Of a stretch of 64,000 nt of DNA, positions 9,351 to 21,727 are shown piece after piece. The notes under the pieces were generated by a model. The model had not been told where the DNA came from, did no database searches, and saw nothing but the letters and a program-made list of their open reading frames with translations. The position numbers and the translations under genes were made by a program. Every line of letters begins with the position of its first letter. Within the stretch, counting starts at the first letter, position 1. Source of the stretch: a bacterium (GTDB lineage Bacteria > SZUA-182 > DTGQ01 > JAFGSM01); NCBI GenBank assembly GCA_049472315.1, contig JBLIRN010000009.1:20375-84374 (forward strand). Direction: 5' to 3'.

Positions 9351-10100
9351 ATGACAAAGCCAGGCGGAACCGACATTCCCCCCTTTAGCGACGTACTTAT
9401 GCAGATAACCGGGTCATATTATCTCATCCCCACCATAGAGAAATATTTTGGCAGGATCCTGGATGCGATAACCTGTGAGCTTTCCCTTGTTGCCTGTGCG
9501 GTGCGCTACGAATGCCCTTGCGGAGACATCCTCTCCCTCACTCATTGTCCGAATGGGGCGGAGGAGTGCTCAAGGCAACGGGTCGCCGAACTCTCCGATG
9601 AGATCTTTAGAAAGAGTTCCGCGCCCCATAAGGAATCAACCCACTTCCTTTTCGATGGCTCCCTGGAGGCATATATTATACCAATACGCTGCGATTTCAG
9701 ATCGTTCGGGATGCTGATTCTGTTCAATGACACCAGCCTCTACGTGATTGATGACGGTCTGGCTGATTTGATCGGTGTCTATGTCACTGCGGCATGCATC
9801 GGCAACCATTACATTATGTCTCGCACCGGCGTCCAGAAAAAGGCCTCTCGATCGAAGGGCGACCTGGTGATTTCCGTGAAAAGGCTCCTGGAATGGCGTA
9901 TTCAGGAGATCAGTAACAGCCTTTGTTCCCAATTTGTTCCTGACCTCAATATATTCCAACGAATATCCGACGAGATGGAAAAAACCATTATCAAAACAGC
10001 CCTCGATCAGACAGGGATGAATCAATCAAAGGCTGCGCGGTTTCTCGGAATCAACAGAAACACCCTTCGAAAAAAGATAAAGGAATTAGGGATATCCTAA
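9351..10100 (+). CDS. Fis-type HTH protein with Cys-rich, possibly GAF-like N-terminal domain
   Basis: C-terminal MEKTIIKTALDQTGMNQSKAARFLGINRNTLRKKIKELG; no AAA+ motifs. Confidence 0.75.
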   Translation: MTKPGGTDIPPFSDVLMQITGSYYLIPTIEKYFGRILDAITCELSLVACAVRYECPCGDILSLTHCPNGAEECSRQRVAELSDEIFRKSSAPHKESTHFLFDGSLEAYIIPIRCDFRSFGMLILFNDTSLYVIDDGLADLIGVYVTAACIGNHYIMSRTGVQKKASRSKGDLVISVKRLLEWRIQEISNSLCSQFVPDLNIFQRISDEMEKTIIKTALDQTGMNQSKAARFLGINRNTLRKKIKELGIS

Positions 10101-10107
10101 CCCATCC

Positions 10108-10818
10108 ATGCCCCTTAGATTAGATCAGTCATCAGACGGTTATCGATACTCGATTGATGCCTTTCTTCTTGCTGATTTCTGCACGGTCTCCCAAAATGCC
10201 ACGATTCTCGACATAGGCTCGGGATGCGGGATTGTTTCCTTTCTCCTTGCCCGGCTTCATCCGGATGCCCGCATCTTCGGCATAGAGATCCAATCGGATC
10301 TGGTTAGGATAGCGGAGGAGAATTTGAAGATGAATGCGGGGCTGGGCAATATCCATTTTATTCACGGCGACATCCGAGACATCGCCCGCCTTTTTCCAGC
10401 AGGATCATGTGATATCGCGGTCTCCAACCCGCCCTACCATCCCATAGGGAGCGGAAGGATCAACCCGCACCCGGAGCGGGCCTCGGCGCGGCACGAACTA
10501 AAGGGCGGGCTGGGTGATTTTATTCGGGCAGGATCCTCGGCCGTGCGCTCAGGGGGGCACTTCTACACCATATATACCGCGCATCGGACGGCCGAGCTTA
10601 TTGATATGTGTAGGCGTTTTAAACTGGAGCCAAAGATGATGAGAACCGTCCATCCCCGTCCCGGTGCCGAGGCAAATCTTGTTTTGATGAAGGCAGCCAG
10701 GAATGGAAGGCCCGGACTCAGAATACTCCCGCCGCTGTTTATATATGAAAAGGGTGGGGAATATTCCGAGGAATGCGCAGAGATAGCTGGAAAGTGGGAT
10801 TTTGCCGGAGAGGGATGA
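10108..10818 (+). CDS. tRNA1(Val) A37 N6-methyltransferase-like SAM methyltransferase (YfiC/YabB family)
   Basis: GYRYSIDAFLLA, LDIGSGCG, IEIQ, SNPPY, ARHE. Confidence 0.88.
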   Translation: MPLRLDQSSDGYRYSIDAFLLADFCTVSQNATILDIGSGCGIVSFLLARLHPDARIFGIEIQSDLVRIAEENLKMNAGLGNIHFIHGDIRDIARLFPAGSCDIAVSNPPYHPIGSGRINPHPERASARHELKGGLGDFIRAGSSAVRSGGHFYTIYTAHRTAELIDMCRRFKLEPKMMRTVHPRPGAEANLVLMKAARNGRPGLRILPPLFIYEKGGEYSEECAEIAGKWDFAGEG

Positions 10819-10827
10819 AGGGTATCC

Positions 10828-11241
10828 TCATGCACTGGGTACCGCGGCCAGTTTCTTCTCCTTTATCTTCTCTTTTTCCCTTTCTTTTTCTTCCTCTTTC
10901 TTCATAGAGCAATTCCCCTCAAAAATGACTCCCTCATCGATGACGAGAATGGGGGTCTTTATATTGCCGTAAACCTCGCCTGAGGAATTGATCTCCACCC
11001 GCTCCTTTGCGGTTATGTTTCCGATCACCTTACCGCTTATATATATCGTTCCCACGGTGATCTCCGCTGATATCACGGCGCTTTCCCCAATTATAAGGGT
11101 ATCGCTGGTAACGATCTCCCCCTCGAATTCGCTGTCGATTCGAAAGGTTCCGTTAAAGCCGAGAATTCCCTTAAAGTTCGTCCCTTCACCCATAAATCCC
11201 GAAAATTCAACCTTCTCGTCCTTTCTGTCCTTTTTCGACAC
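10828..11241 (-). CDS. Bactofilin (polymer-forming cytoskeletal protein)
   Basis: GEGTNFKG.L...FRIDSEFEGEI...IIGESA...ISGKVIGNI.A...VYGNIKTP.LVIDEGVIFEGNCSM. Confidence 0.9.
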   Translation of the reverse strand: MSKKDRKDEKVEFSGFMGEGTNFKGILGFNGTFRIDSEFEGEIVTSDTLIIGESAVISAEITVGTIYISGKVIGNITAKERVEINSSGEVYGNIKTPILVIDEGVIFEGNCSMKKEEEKEREKEKIKEKKLAAVPSA

Positions 11242-11347
11242 TGAACACCCCCCTAACTTAAGATAATATATTCCTTGTAATACGTAACATTCTCTGTCGT
11301 CTCTGTGCGATCATTCCGGATTGGTTCTTTCGAGTAAAAACCATCCC

Positions 11348-12217
11348 TTATTTACTATCGGCATTCCGGATGGAATTTAATTGATCAAGGAGCCTTTCAA
11401 ATTCCTCATGGGAGGAGAATCTAATCTCTATTCTGCCCTTTCCCTTTCTATGGAATATTCGAATCTTTGTTCCAAGGACGCGCGAAAGGTGCTCTTCCAA
11501 TGCGGGGATTCCCGAATCGGTCTGTTTGAGCACCGCCTCGTCCGCCTTTTTTTCCCGCTCCCGGTTCAATCGTCGTATCAACGACTCGGTTTCCCTCACC
11601 GAGAGGCCCTTCTGTATGATCTTCTCCCCTATGAGAACCTTCTCCTCGTCATTCTCGATACCGAGGATAGAGCGTGCATGTCCCATGGAAAGGAGCCCGT
11701 CCGCAATAAATCCCTTGATGTTGTTCGGCAGTTTCAGAAGCCTCATTGCATTCGCGATCGTGGAGCGGTCCTTGCCGACCTTTTCGCCGAGGTCCTGTTG
11801 GGTGTATTGAAATTGCTCTATCAGGAGCTTGTATGCCTGGCCTTCCTCTATAGGATTGAGATTTTCCCGCTGAATATTCTCGATAAGGGCAATCTCCAGC
11901 TTCTTGTCGTCGGAGACATCGCGAATAATGGCGGGAACCTTTTGAAGGCCCGCCAGCTTGGCCGCGCGCCATCGCCGCTCCCCTGCCACGATTTCATATC
12001 CGTGGACATGGCGCTTTAAGAAGATGGGCTGGATCACCCCGCAGGATTTTATGGAGGCTGCGAGTTCTTCCAGCTTGGTATCATCGAATTTTTGGCGCGG
12101 CTGCTGGCGATTGGGGAAGATATCACTCACCGGCACTTCGTGGATCTCTTCGTTTGTCTTCTCCTGATAGGTTGGAAAAAGGGCCTCAAGCCCCTTTCCG
12201 AGTGCCTTTCGGGCCAT
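11348..12217 (-). CDS. parB: Chromosome partitioning protein ParB/Spo0J
   Basis: MARKALGKGL, NRQQPR, AGERRWRAA, ALIENIQRENLNPIEE, DRSTIANAMRLL. Confidence 0.96.
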   Translation of the reverse strand: MARKALGKGLEALFPTYQEKTNEEIHEVPVSDIFPNRQQPRQKFDDTKLEELAASIKSCGVIQPIFLKRHVHGYEIVAGERRWRAAKLAGLQKVPAIIRDVSDDKKLEIALIENIQRENLNPIEEGQAYKLLIEQFQYTQQDLGEKVGKDRSTIANAMRLLKLPNNIKGFIADGLLSMGHARSILGIENDEEKVLIGEKIIQKGLSVRETESLIRRLNREREKKADEAVLKQTDSGIPALEEHLSRVLGTKIRIFHRKGKGRIEIRFSSHEEFERLLDQLNSIRNADSK

Positions 12218-12974
12218 CGAATATCACCTCATGAGCGAGTTTAAGGTATGCCTCAGCGCCCTTGGAACGAATGTCATAGAGTATAATAGGCTTTCCGTAG
12301 CTCGGTGCCTCACTCAGGCTCACATTCCTGGGAATGACGGTCTTGAAAACAAGGTGCTGAAAATGATTATTGATCTCATCCGCTACCTGATTGGCCAGGT
12401 TCGTTCGGCCATCGAACATGGTCAGGAGTACCCCTTCAACTACGAGATCCCTGTTGAGTTCCTTTTTGATATATTCAACGGTCCTGAGTAGCTGAGAAAT
12501 ACCCTCCAATGCATAATATTCACATTGTATCGGTATCAGGAGCGTATCTGAGGCGGTTAATGAGTTTACCGTGAGAAGGCCAAGCGAGGGGGGGCAATCC
12601 ACAATGATATAGTCATAGTTATGACGAATACGTTCGAGGGCGTTCTTTAAACGGTATTCCCGCGCGGGGAAATTGATCAACTCGATTTCAGCACCGATAA
12701 GGCGGATATTCGACGGGAGCAGATCAAGCCAATCGATCTGTGTGCTGTTGATGACATTTTCAACCGATTCAATATCGAGGAGCACCTCGTAGATATGTTT
12801 GTCACCGTTTGCGGCCTTGAAGCCCAGGCCGCTGCATGCATTGGCTTGGGGATCTATATCGATGAGGAGGGTCTTCTTCTCGGCTGCGGCAAGGCAGGAG
12901 GCAAGGTTTACCGCGGTTGTGGTCTTGCCCACCCCGCCCTTCTGATTCGAAATGGTAATTATTCGACCGTGCAT
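12186..12974 (-). CDS. parA: Chromosome partitioning ATPase ParA/Soj
   Basis: NQKGGVGKTTT, DIDPQAN, DCPPSLG, QCEYYALEG, IPRNVSLSEAPSYG. Confidence 0.97.
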   Translation of the reverse strand: MHGRIITISNQKGGVGKTTTAVNLASCLAAAEKKTLLIDIDPQANACSGLGFKAANGDKHIYEVLLDIESVENVINSTQIDWLDLLPSNIRLIGAEIELINFPAREYRLKNALERIRHNYDYIIVDCPPSLGLLTVNSLTASDTLLIPIQCEYYALEGISQLLRTVEYIKKELNRDLVVEGVLLTMFDGRTNLANQVADEINNHFQHLVFKTVIPRNVSLSEAPSYGKPIILYDIRSKGAEAYLKLAHEVIFDGPKGTRKGA

Positions 12975-12997
12975 GCCTGTAGATGCCCTTGAATACG

Positions 12998-13013
12998 GGT
13001 TTCACGTGGAACG
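12998..13013. promoter_or_regulatory. parS centromere-like site
   Basis: GGTTTCACGTGGAACG (reverse CGTTCCACGTGAAACC) matches the 14-bp core of TGTTNCACGTGAAACA, about 25 bp upstream of parA. Confidence 0.85.
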
Positions 13014-13116
13014 GCTGATCCCCATCATTCTATTAGCTTCCTACTCCATTTTCAAGCGCGGTAACGAATCCCCTTACCGATTACTTCCTTTTATGACGAA
13101 CCATCCGCTGAAGGCA

Positions 13117-14496
13117 TTATTTTCCTATGCAAAATCGGCTGAAAATTGACTCGATCAACTCGTCGTTTGAACCCCTTCCCTCAATATTATCAGATTCTCG
13201 AATTGCATAGCGCAATTCCTCCGCAATGATCTCCTCCCCCATCCCCTCTGTGCAAAGATCCTTAATCCGGATAAGGATTTCGCAGATGCGCTTGAGGTGC
13301 TCATTGATCCGTTTGTTGATCATTACACCATCATATATGGATCCCTGTATCTTTTCCTTTCTTTGTTTTATTTCATTGACCAGCAGATCCAAGCTCTTTG
13401 CCTCCTTTGCGGAGACTTCAATAAGCGTCCCATTGGAAATAAGCGCCTCCAGGGCCTTCAGATTGATCACCCGAGGAAGGTCATTCTTATTCCCCACCCA
13501 TAGAATATCCCCTCTCCTGGCCTCCAGCATTCGCACCACCCGTTCATCGTCCGCGCTCAGCCTCCGCGACATATCGAAAACCACAACGACAAGATCCGAC
13601 CGTTCGATTTCCTCTTTCGTCTTTTGGGCGCATAATTCATCCAAGGCGCCTTTTTCCCGCCGTATCCCTGCGGTATCCACCACATGAAAAATCATCCCGT
13701 CCATGACGATTTCCACCTGAACAGAATCCCTCGTGGTGCCCGGAATGCTCGAGGTGATGATCCGTTCCTCGCCGTATACGGCATTCAAAAGGGTCGATTT
13801 TCCCACGTTCGTCTTGCCGCAGATCACGATCCGTATGCCCTGCTCCCTTTGCCGCATTGTTTCGTATCCTTCGACGAGCACCCCGATTCTCTTTATTATC
13901 GAATCGATCCCCTCAAGGATTGAACCGGTGTTACTGCACATCTGATCCTCAAAATCGATACCTGCCTCCACTTGCGACTGAATCCATACCAGTCCTTGCC
14001 TGACTCCCGTTGTCGCCTCCCGGATAGAACCCATCAACCGCCTCAGTGCGCACGAAAGTCCTTCCTCGGTTCGGGCCTTTATAATATCCAGCACCGCCTC
14101 CGCCTGTGCCAGATCTATTCTTCCGTTAAGAAAGGCCCTCTTGGTGAACTCTCCGGGCAAGGCCGGACGCGCGCCCAAATGAATTGCAAGCTCCATCGTG
14201 CGGTTCACCGCAATTATGCCTCCATGGCAATTGATCTCGACCATATCCTCCCTGGTGTAGGTCCTCGGCGCCCTCAGAATGCTTATAAGCACCTCGTCTA
14301 TAACCTGGCCGCTGCCCGGATCCATAATCCATCCATGATTAATGCTATGGTCGGAAAAATCGAACACCCCCCGCGTATCCCTTCGGGAAAACATGCGATT
14401 GGCGATCGAAAGGCAGTCCTTTCCCGTCATCCTGACTATGCCGATACCCGATTCGCCGAGAGGCGTTGAGATGGCAACGATGGTATCGTCTAACAT
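13117..14496 (-). CDS. mnmE: tRNA modification GTPase MnmE/TrmE
   Basis: DTIVAISTP, EDMVEINCHGG, PGEFTKRAFLNG, GKTNVGKS, PGTTRD, DTAG, C-terminal FCIGK. Confidence 0.96.
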   Translation of the reverse strand: MLDDTIVAISTPLGESGIGIVRMTGKDCLSIANRMFSRRDTRGVFDFSDHSINHGWIMDPGSGQVIDEVLISILRAPRTYTREDMVEINCHGGIIAVNRTMELAIHLGARPALPGEFTKRAFLNGRIDLAQAEAVLDIIKARTEEGLSCALRRLMGSIREATTGVRQGLVWIQSQVEAGIDFEDQMCSNTGSILEGIDSIIKRIGVLVEGYETMRQREQGIRIVICGKTNVGKSTLLNAVYGEERIITSSIPGTTRDSVQVEIVMDGMIFHVVDTAGIRREKGALDELCAQKTKEEIERSDLVVVVFDMSRRLSADDERVVRMLEARRGDILWVGNKNDLPRVINLKALEALISNGTLIEVSAKEAKSLDLLVNEIKQRKEKIQGSIYDGVMINKRINEHLKRICEILIRIKDLCTEGMGEEIIAEELRYAIRESDNIEGRGSNDELIESIFSRFCIGK

Positions 14497-16229
14497 GCCT
14501 CGGTTGCCTGTAGCGTCCTTTTATGAATCAGATATTGATGGCCAATGGTAAGGACGTTGTTCAATAACCAATAAATGACCAATCCGGAGGGAAAGCCAAG
14601 GAAGAAAACCGTGAATATGATGGGCATGAGATTCATCATCTTCGCCTGCTTGGGGTCCATTCCCGTGGGCATCATTTTTTGCTGCAGGTACATGGTTATA
14701 CCCATTAACAGCGGCGTAATCAAAAGGGCATCCATCGCCGAAAGGTCCTGTATCCACAAGAAGAAGGGCGCACCACGCATCTCTATTGCTACGAGAAGTC
14801 CTTCGTACAAGGCGAAAAATACCGGTATTTGTAAAATCATTGGAAGGCATCCGCCAAGGGGATTCACACCATGCTTTTTGTACAGGTCCATTATCTCCTT
14901 GTTCATTCTGGTCGGGTCACCCTTGTATTTCTCCCTGAGCGCGGCCATTTTCGGCTGGATCTTCTGCATTGCCTGCATGGAGCCAAAGCTCTTTTCGGTT
15001 AACGGCCAAAAAAGTATCTTAATGAGAATGGTCAGGAGAACTATGGCGACTCCGTAATTCGGAATGTATTGATACACCCACTTTAAAAACCAAATGAGCG
15101 GCTTTGCAAGAAAGGAAAACCATCCGTAATCGATGATCTCCACAAAATGCCCGGCGACGCCCATCAAATCCTCCTTCCGCTTGGGGCCGACATACACCTC
15201 ATAGGAATCCCTGAACTCGCCGCCTGCCGATAAGACCCTCAAGGGATACTTTGCCCCGACGACGATTGCTTCATCCTCTTCTTCCCTATCGCTTCGCTTG
15301 AAAATGACCGCCTCCGCAGTCGTACCTTTGGGGATGATCGCAGCGGCAAAGTATGTCTTTTCATATCCTATCCATTCCAGATTTCCCTCTTTTATAACCG
15401 GTTCCTTTATCTTCTTGGGCTTTATCCGCACCTTTTTTCCTTTTATCCAAAAAACAGGCCCCTCAAAACGGTGATGTCCTTCCTTCTCCATATTCCTGCC
15501 AACGCCTGGTCCCCAGCACAGGGCATAATCCACCGTTTGATCCCTGCCCGAAATATTCTTCATGGTTACATCGATGCCGACCTTATATTCATTTTCAAAA
15601 AACCTGATCTCCTTCATTATGATGATCCCGCGCTCATCCAGATATGACAACACGACCGAGGGTAGCATCCCTCTGTTTGCATCCATATATTCCTCGGTCC
15701 TTATCTCGTACAATCCCTCCCCAAAAACCTCCTTGCCGCCGATCTCTGAAATCAGCGTAATGTCAAGGGGGCGCGCGCTCATCCCCTTGTTATTCTCCGG
15801 GATAAGCTCAACGAGTCCCAGTTGTTCATCTTCCCCGTTATCATGCCTAAGGCCCAGCACCCGTTTATATGACTGGAGCACCTGGACCCAGAAGGCCTTT
15901 TTCAACGGCCATGTTTCATACCGTTTTTCCTCCGTGTACTCCTTTAATTTCCAACTCTTCAAACACCCGCCGTTATTTGTAACCTCGGCGATATATTTCC
16001 CCGTTTCTATTCGCACGTCCTCCTGCCTTCTTACCTTCTGGATCTCCAGCAACCCATTCAATTCCCCGTCTTGAAAGTCATCCTTCCCGAGTTCGCTTTC
16101 CTCAACGACGATTTCCTCGTTCTCCTCCAACGGCGCCTTCTGAACGACCGGCCTGGGCATGAAAAAATACTGATAGGTTATAATGATGAGTATCGACAAA
16201 AATATTGCCAGGAGCACCCGATCATCCAT
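14490..16229 (-). CDS. yidC: Membrane protein insertase YidC
   Basis: IDYGWF, NYGVAIVLLTILIK, VNPLGGCLPMILQIPVFFALY, FPSGLVIYWLLNN. Confidence 0.97.
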   Translation of the reverse strand: MDDRVLLAIFLSILIIITYQYFFMPRPVVQKAPLEENEEIVVEESELGKDDFQDGELNGLLEIQKVRRQEDVRIETGKYIAEVTNNGGCLKSWKLKEYTEEKRYETWPLKKAFWVQVLQSYKRVLGLRHDNGEDEQLGLVELIPENNKGMSARPLDITLISEIGGKEVFGEGLYEIRTEEYMDANRGMLPSVVLSYLDERGIIIMKEIRFFENEYKVGIDVTMKNISGRDQTVDYALCWGPGVGRNMEKEGHHRFEGPVFWIKGKKVRIKPKKIKEPVIKEGNLEWIGYEKTYFAAAIIPKGTTAEAVIFKRSDREEEDEAIVVGAKYPLRVLSAGGEFRDSYEVYVGPKRKEDLMGVAGHFVEIIDYGWFSFLAKPLIWFLKWVYQYIPNYGVAIVLLTILIKILFWPLTEKSFGSMQAMQKIQPKMAALREKYKGDPTRMNKEIMDLYKKHGVNPLGGCLPMILQIPVFFALYEGLLVAIEMRGAPFFLWIQDLSAMDALLITPLLMGITMYLQQKMMPTGMDPKQAKMMNLMPIIFTVFFLGFPSGLVIYWLLNNVLTIGHQYLIHKRTLQATEAC

Positions 16230-16291
16230 ATCTTATTCCTCGTCCTTTCTTAGTCCGTGCACTGTTTTCAACAAAGAAATCTATGGCAATC

Positions 16292-16603
16292 CTATGGTAC
16301 GGGGTCATAACCGCCCTTATGCCAGGGGTGGCATTTAAGAATACGAAAGACGGTTAAACGCATTCCTGTATAGGGACCGTGTCTTTTTATTGCCAAAAGG
16401 GAATACTGTGAGCAGGTGGGATAAAATCTACACGAATGACCAAAAATAGGGGAGAGTGTATATTGGTATACTTTTATGAAAAATATAAGAATATTTCCTA
16501 CGACATCGGAGCCCTTCCTATTTCCTGTTCTGCGAAATCCCTTTTTTTCTAAAATATTTCCCTCTCTCCAAATCACTGACCGCACCTGTAAGGATTCCTT
16601 CAA
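16292..16603 (-). CDS. yidD: Membrane protein insertion efficiency factor YidD (true start probably about 100 nt inside)
   Basis: YQYTLSP...CRFYPTCSQY...RILKCHPWHKGGYDPVP. Confidence 0.92.
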   Translation of the reverse strand: MKESLQVRSVIWREGNILEKKGFRRTGNRKGSDVVGNILIFFIKVYQYTLSPIFGHSCRFYPTCSQYSLLAIKRHGPYTGMRLTVFRILKCHPWHKGGYDPVP

Positions 16604-16916
16604 TCTCCCGGTAGGTTACCGTGCTCCATTCCCCCTTCGGAATGAAGATCCAATCGATACCTCCCTTGAACACGTCCTTATTTCTTCGATAGACCTCTCG
16701 AATCACCCTCTTCATCCTATTTCTTTTAACCGCACACCCTATCTTCCTTCCAACGACTACCGCGAACCGCGATACCTCCCCGTTGTTTTGCGCACAATAG
16801 ATCCTTAATCCATTCCTTTCTATCCTTCTAGCCCTCTTGAATATCTCCTGAAACTCCCCCTTGCTCCGTATGCGCTCCTTGGATGAAATCCCCTCACCGG
16901 CTGAAGAAGATGACAT
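16518..16916 (-). CDS. rnpA: Ribonuclease P protein component
   Basis: ERIRSKGEFQEIFK...RFAVVVGRKIGCAVKRNRMKRVIRE (RNR motif). Confidence 0.92.
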   Translation of the reverse strand: MSSSSAGEGISSKERIRSKGEFQEIFKRARRIERNGLRIYCAQNNGEVSRFAVVVGRKIGCAVKRNRMKRVIREVYRRNKDVFKGGIDWIFIPKGEWSTVTYREIEGILTGAVSDLERGKYFRKKGISQNRK

Positions 16917-16920
16917 AATT

Positions 16921-17064
16921 TTATGAAAGGCTGGCCACCAGCCTCTTTCTTCCCTTTCTCCTTCGTCTGTTCAGTATCGCCCTTCCGTGCCGCGTACTCA
17001 TTCTCTTTAAAAATCCATGCCTTCGCAATCTTCTTAATTTTTTTGGCTGATATGTCCTTTTCAT
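16921..17064 (-). CDS. rpmH: 50S ribosomal protein L34 (not in ORF track; 47 aa)
   Basis: Manual translation [57 protein letters not shown]. Confidence 0.96.
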   Translation of the reverse strand: MKRTYQPKKLRRLRRHGFLKRMSTRHGRAILNRRRRKGRKRLVASLS

Positions 17065-17093
17065 TGACACCTCCTATAAAAAATTGAATAGAC

Positions 17094-17122
17094 ATTATAT
17101 TTTTTAATTACTTTCCTGTCAA
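17094..17122 (-). promoter_or_regulatory. Sigma70 promoter of the rpmH operon
   Basis: Exact TTGACA-17 bp-TATAAT on the minus strand. Confidence 0.85.
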
Positions 17123-17298
17123 TATGCCCCCGCCTTCCCGCGAAGCGCTTGCCGAAATTATGACCCCCTACCGTAATCTTTTTCCCCCGGGCCGTGCTCA
17201 ACGAACCCCATAAACGCCCTATTGATAGTACAGCCGCAGTCCTTATAAAAAATCCCGTTTTTATAACAGAAATTACCTATCAAGCGAATATTCAATCA

Positions 17299-17327
17299 TT
17301 GAAATCCCCCTTAAAATCTGATATAGT
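17299..17327 (+). promoter_or_regulatory. Candidate sigma70 promoter of dnaA
   Basis: TTGAAA-17 bp-TATAGT with extended -10 TG. Confidence 0.55.
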
Positions 17328-17631
17328 AAAACCGTTTGTTAATACTATGTTTTTAAAATAAATCCCCCCTTCCTTGCAGAAAAATCAGAATGTTTGATTC
17401 TTTAACCAACGGTGAGGAGAGGCTTTTTATAATTGCACATTCGCTTCATGGACGATGAACGATGACTACGCATTCTTTAAATGATACTGTACCCTCTTCT
17501 CTACCGTGGTGTTATTCCAAGTCTCTATGAACATTTGTTCAACCGATTACATGTATATTCTTTTTTATGTAAATGGTTATATTATGTCTAATACATTGAA
17601 TTTTAGATGATAACTTTTTTGTTTGTTTTTG

Positions 17632-17651
17632 TTATCCACAATTGTGGATAA
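17632..17651. promoter_or_regulatory. Inverted pair of perfect DnaA boxes upstream of dnaA
   Basis: TTATCCACA (17632-17640) and TGTGGATAA (17643-17651) in AT-rich DNA. Confidence 0.9.
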
Positions 17652-17710
17652 ATATGTTTATATCTTTTTGATTTCCTTTTAATTTTTTAAAAATCAATAC
17701 AATATCGAGT

Positions 17711-19060
17711 ATGGAAAATATTTGGACCAAAACCCTCGATCTTCTTGAGAATCAAATCAACAAACACAGCTTTAATACCTGGCTGAGTCCGACCAGATTT
17801 AAGCTCTATGACGGGAAAACACTGACCATTGAGGTACCCAATAAATTCTTTAAGTCCTGGCTTCTCGAAAACTACCATAAATTGATATTGGAGAACCTTC
17901 GATCAATCACCAATGGTCACACCGAGATCGAATACCTCATTTCGAATGATTCCACATTCGAGGTCGAACAAGAGACTCCATCAGCAAAAAAGGAATCTCC
18001 ATCAAAACCACCCGTCCAACTGACCTTTAAGGATCATGCAGCGGCAAATCTCAACCCCAAGTATACCTTTAATAAATTCGTCGTCGGCTCCTGCAATCAA
18101 TTTGCACATGCCGCATCAAAGGCCGTTGCCGAACATCCGTCCCTTACCTATAATCCCCTTTTCATTTACGGTGGCGTAGGATTGGGTAAGACCCACCTTT
18201 TACACGGCATAGGTCATTATATACTGGATAATTTCAAGAATTTGAACGTCCTGTACATCCAGTCGGAAAAATTTACCAATGAGCTTATTAATTCAATACG
18301 CTACGACAGAATGGATCTTTTCCGGTCAAAATACCGAAATATCGATATTCTTTTGATCGACGACATCCAGTTTATTGCCGGCAAGGAACGGACCGAGGAG
18401 GAATTCTTTCATACCTTTAATTCCCTCTTTGAAACCCATAAACAGATTGTGATTTCAAGCGACTCGTCGCCTAAGGAGATACCCACCATAGAAGAGAGAC
18501 TTCGCTCACGTTTCGAATGGGGACTGATTGCCGACATCCAACCACCTGAACTCGAGACCAAGGTGGCCATCCTATTTAAAAAGGCGGAGATAAACAATAT
18601 AGATCTCCCCAACGACGTGGCATTTTTTATTGCCAACAATATTAAGTCGAATATCAGGGAACTTGAAGGCTGCCTGATAAAATTGATCGCCTTTTCCTCT
18701 CTTACCGGATCCCCGATTAGTCTTGATATGTCGAAGGAGGTCCTCAAGGATATTCTCAATCCCACGGAAAACATCATCTATGTTGAAAATATCCAGAAAG
18801 TTATCTGTAAATATTACAATATAAAGCTTTCCGAACTTAAATCGAAAATCCGCAGCCGCCATATATCATTGCCCAGGCAGATAGCGATGTTTCTCGCCCG
18901 CAAGCTTACCGATAAATCACTTATCCAAATAGGACAGTACTTCGGCGGAAAGGACCATACTACGGTAATGCATGCCTGCGAGAAAATAGAGGCCCTCCTG
19001 GAAACCGATTTCGAACTCCGGCAGAATATCAATAAACAGATTGAAATGATTAAACGGTAG
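17711..19060 (+). CDS. dnaA: Chromosomal replication initiator DnaA
   Basis: LNPKYTF, YNPLFIYGGVGLGKTHL, LLIDDIQF, RLRSRFEWGL, NIRELEG, GGKDHTTVMHA. Confidence 0.98.
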   Translation: MENIWTKTLDLLENQINKHSFNTWLSPTRFKLYDGKTLTIEVPNKFFKSWLLENYHKLILENLRSITNGHTEIEYLISNDSTFEVEQETPSAKKESPSKPPVQLTFKDHAAANLNPKYTFNKFVVGSCNQFAHAASKAVAEHPSLTYNPLFIYGGVGLGKTHLLHGIGHYILDNFKNLNVLYIQSEKFTNELINSIRYDRMDLFRSKYRNIDILLIDDIQFIAGKERTEEEFFHTFNSLFETHKQIVISSDSSPKEIPTIEERLRSRFEWGLIADIQPPELETKVAILFKKAEINNIDLPNDVAFFIANNIKSNIRELEGCLIKLIAFSSLTGSPISLDMSKEVLKDILNPTENIIYVENIQKVICKYYNIKLSELKSKIRSRHISLPRQIAMFLARKLTDKSLIQIGQYFGGKDHTTVMHACEKIEALLETDFELRQNINKQIEMIKR

Positions 19061-21693
<2,633 letters not shown>

Positions 21694-21727
21694 CATTCCA
21701 TGAAAAAAGAGGGAAAGCGAAACACCT

